From NCBI GenBank assembly GCA_002633005.1, contig NMRA01000011.1:1028855-1092854 (forward strand): DNA of 64,000 nucleotides. The letters run 5' to 3'. This stretch comes from Phoronis australis (Eukaryota > Animalia > Phoronida). Below, one piece after another: positions 63,216-64,000 of the stretch; the first letter of the stretch is position 1, and each line of letters opens with the position of its first letter. Both the position numbers and the translations under genes were made by a program. The notes beneath the pieces were generated by a model. It was not told the DNA's origin. It saw only the letters and a list, made by a program, of their open reading frames with translations, and did not search any database.

Positions 63216-63686
63216 ATGATGTGCAGCAACTGCAACCTTCTATCATATCTTGTCTCACTCTTGCTCTTGTTTTGGGCAAAGGTCGTTGAATCTGGATCCG
63301 TCTGCGACCAATGGATGTCGTGTGCGCAAAGGTGTTCTGTTCTCGCACACCCAGACACAGACACAACGAAATGCTCTTGTGATCCTGGTTACGTAATAAA
63401 GAGTGACAAATTTTCATGCAATTTCAATCACTCAATTGACAAACCTTACGTAAGTCAGGAACTCTGGGATATTCTAGATGACCAAGTCAACTTTTTGATG
63501 GTTACCGTTGAGGACTCGAAATCTAGCTTCTCGATCCTTGTTGAAAATTTACATTCGCAACACCTTTTTAGTATTTCCTCTGAAGTTGAGGACGCAGTAC
63601 CATTCGGCTCCGACGTGTCACGGACGGAGTTCTTTTACTCTGCTAAAGACGAGAATGGCATTCGAAAGCTCTATCGACGAACGAAG
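63216..63686 (+). CDS. First coding exon of an LDLR/LRP-like protein: signal peptide, EGF-like domain and the start of a probable beta-propeller. Continues beyond the window.
   Basis: Hydrophobic signal LLSYLVSLLLLFWAKVVES; EGF C-x5-CAQRC...CSCDPGYVIKSDKFSC; then DAVPFGSDVSRTEFFYS...KLYRR. Phase-0 donor AAG|gtaatg at 63686. Confidence 0.75.
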
Positions 63687-64000
63687 GTAATGTCGTCTGC
63701 GATTTGTTACTCTGTCTTTTTAAGATTCAGTCATTTGTTACCTCTCTGTGGATGTACAGGTGGCTGGTGGTCTGTATTTGTCCGGGTTAAGATTTCCTAA
63801 AATTTAATTTTAAACGCCCGTACCTATTTAAGGGCCCACAGTCGATGCTTTTGGTTCCGGCATCGGACAATTTCCGTTTCGTTCCATTGACAAGCAAACA
63901 TTACATTGTCTACATTTTAACCAGTTTTAAGCAATTTTTTTACGTGAAGTGGCTGGTCGCGCAAATGACCGCCGGAACGTTACAAAAATTTCGCTTTTAA

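Overview
AT-rich metazoan (probably marine invertebrate) genomic DNA with spliceosomal introns and three single-N contig joins (45155, 57755, 61166). Five host genes can be reconstructed by hand: the last exon of an MKRN2OS-like gene (289-493, +); a 5-exon claudin/PMP22-family gene (32106-26478, -); an MS4A/CD20-like tetraspan gene (40392 to at least 38288, -); a complete 6-exon ANKRD54 orthologue (47039-53347, +); and the first exon of an EGF/LRP-like secreted or membrane protein (63216-63686, +). About 1-22 kb and 55-62.6 kb are nested, decayed mobile elements: BEL/Pao, Gypsy-like, Penelope, ZNF862-type and other hAT, ISL2EU/Harbinger, SAP-SWIM-YqaJ, pogo-PHD, LINE and MITEs. The most unusual segment is 11.3-16.7 kb, all on the minus strand. 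It holds an intron-containing DUF3987 (YfjI-like, phage/plasmid replicative-helicase-type) gene next to a partly duplicated ORF that fuses a USP-fold cysteine-protease domain to a YqaJ/lambda-type exonuclease. This may be the relic of an uncharacterised large replicative DNA element. Also notable are a Penelope-type inverted repeat carrying a U3-A8 variant minimal hammerhead ribozyme (41.2-41.4 kb) and two near-identical duplications across N gaps that look like uncollapsed haplotypes. All family assignments come from motif recognition by eye; no searches were run.
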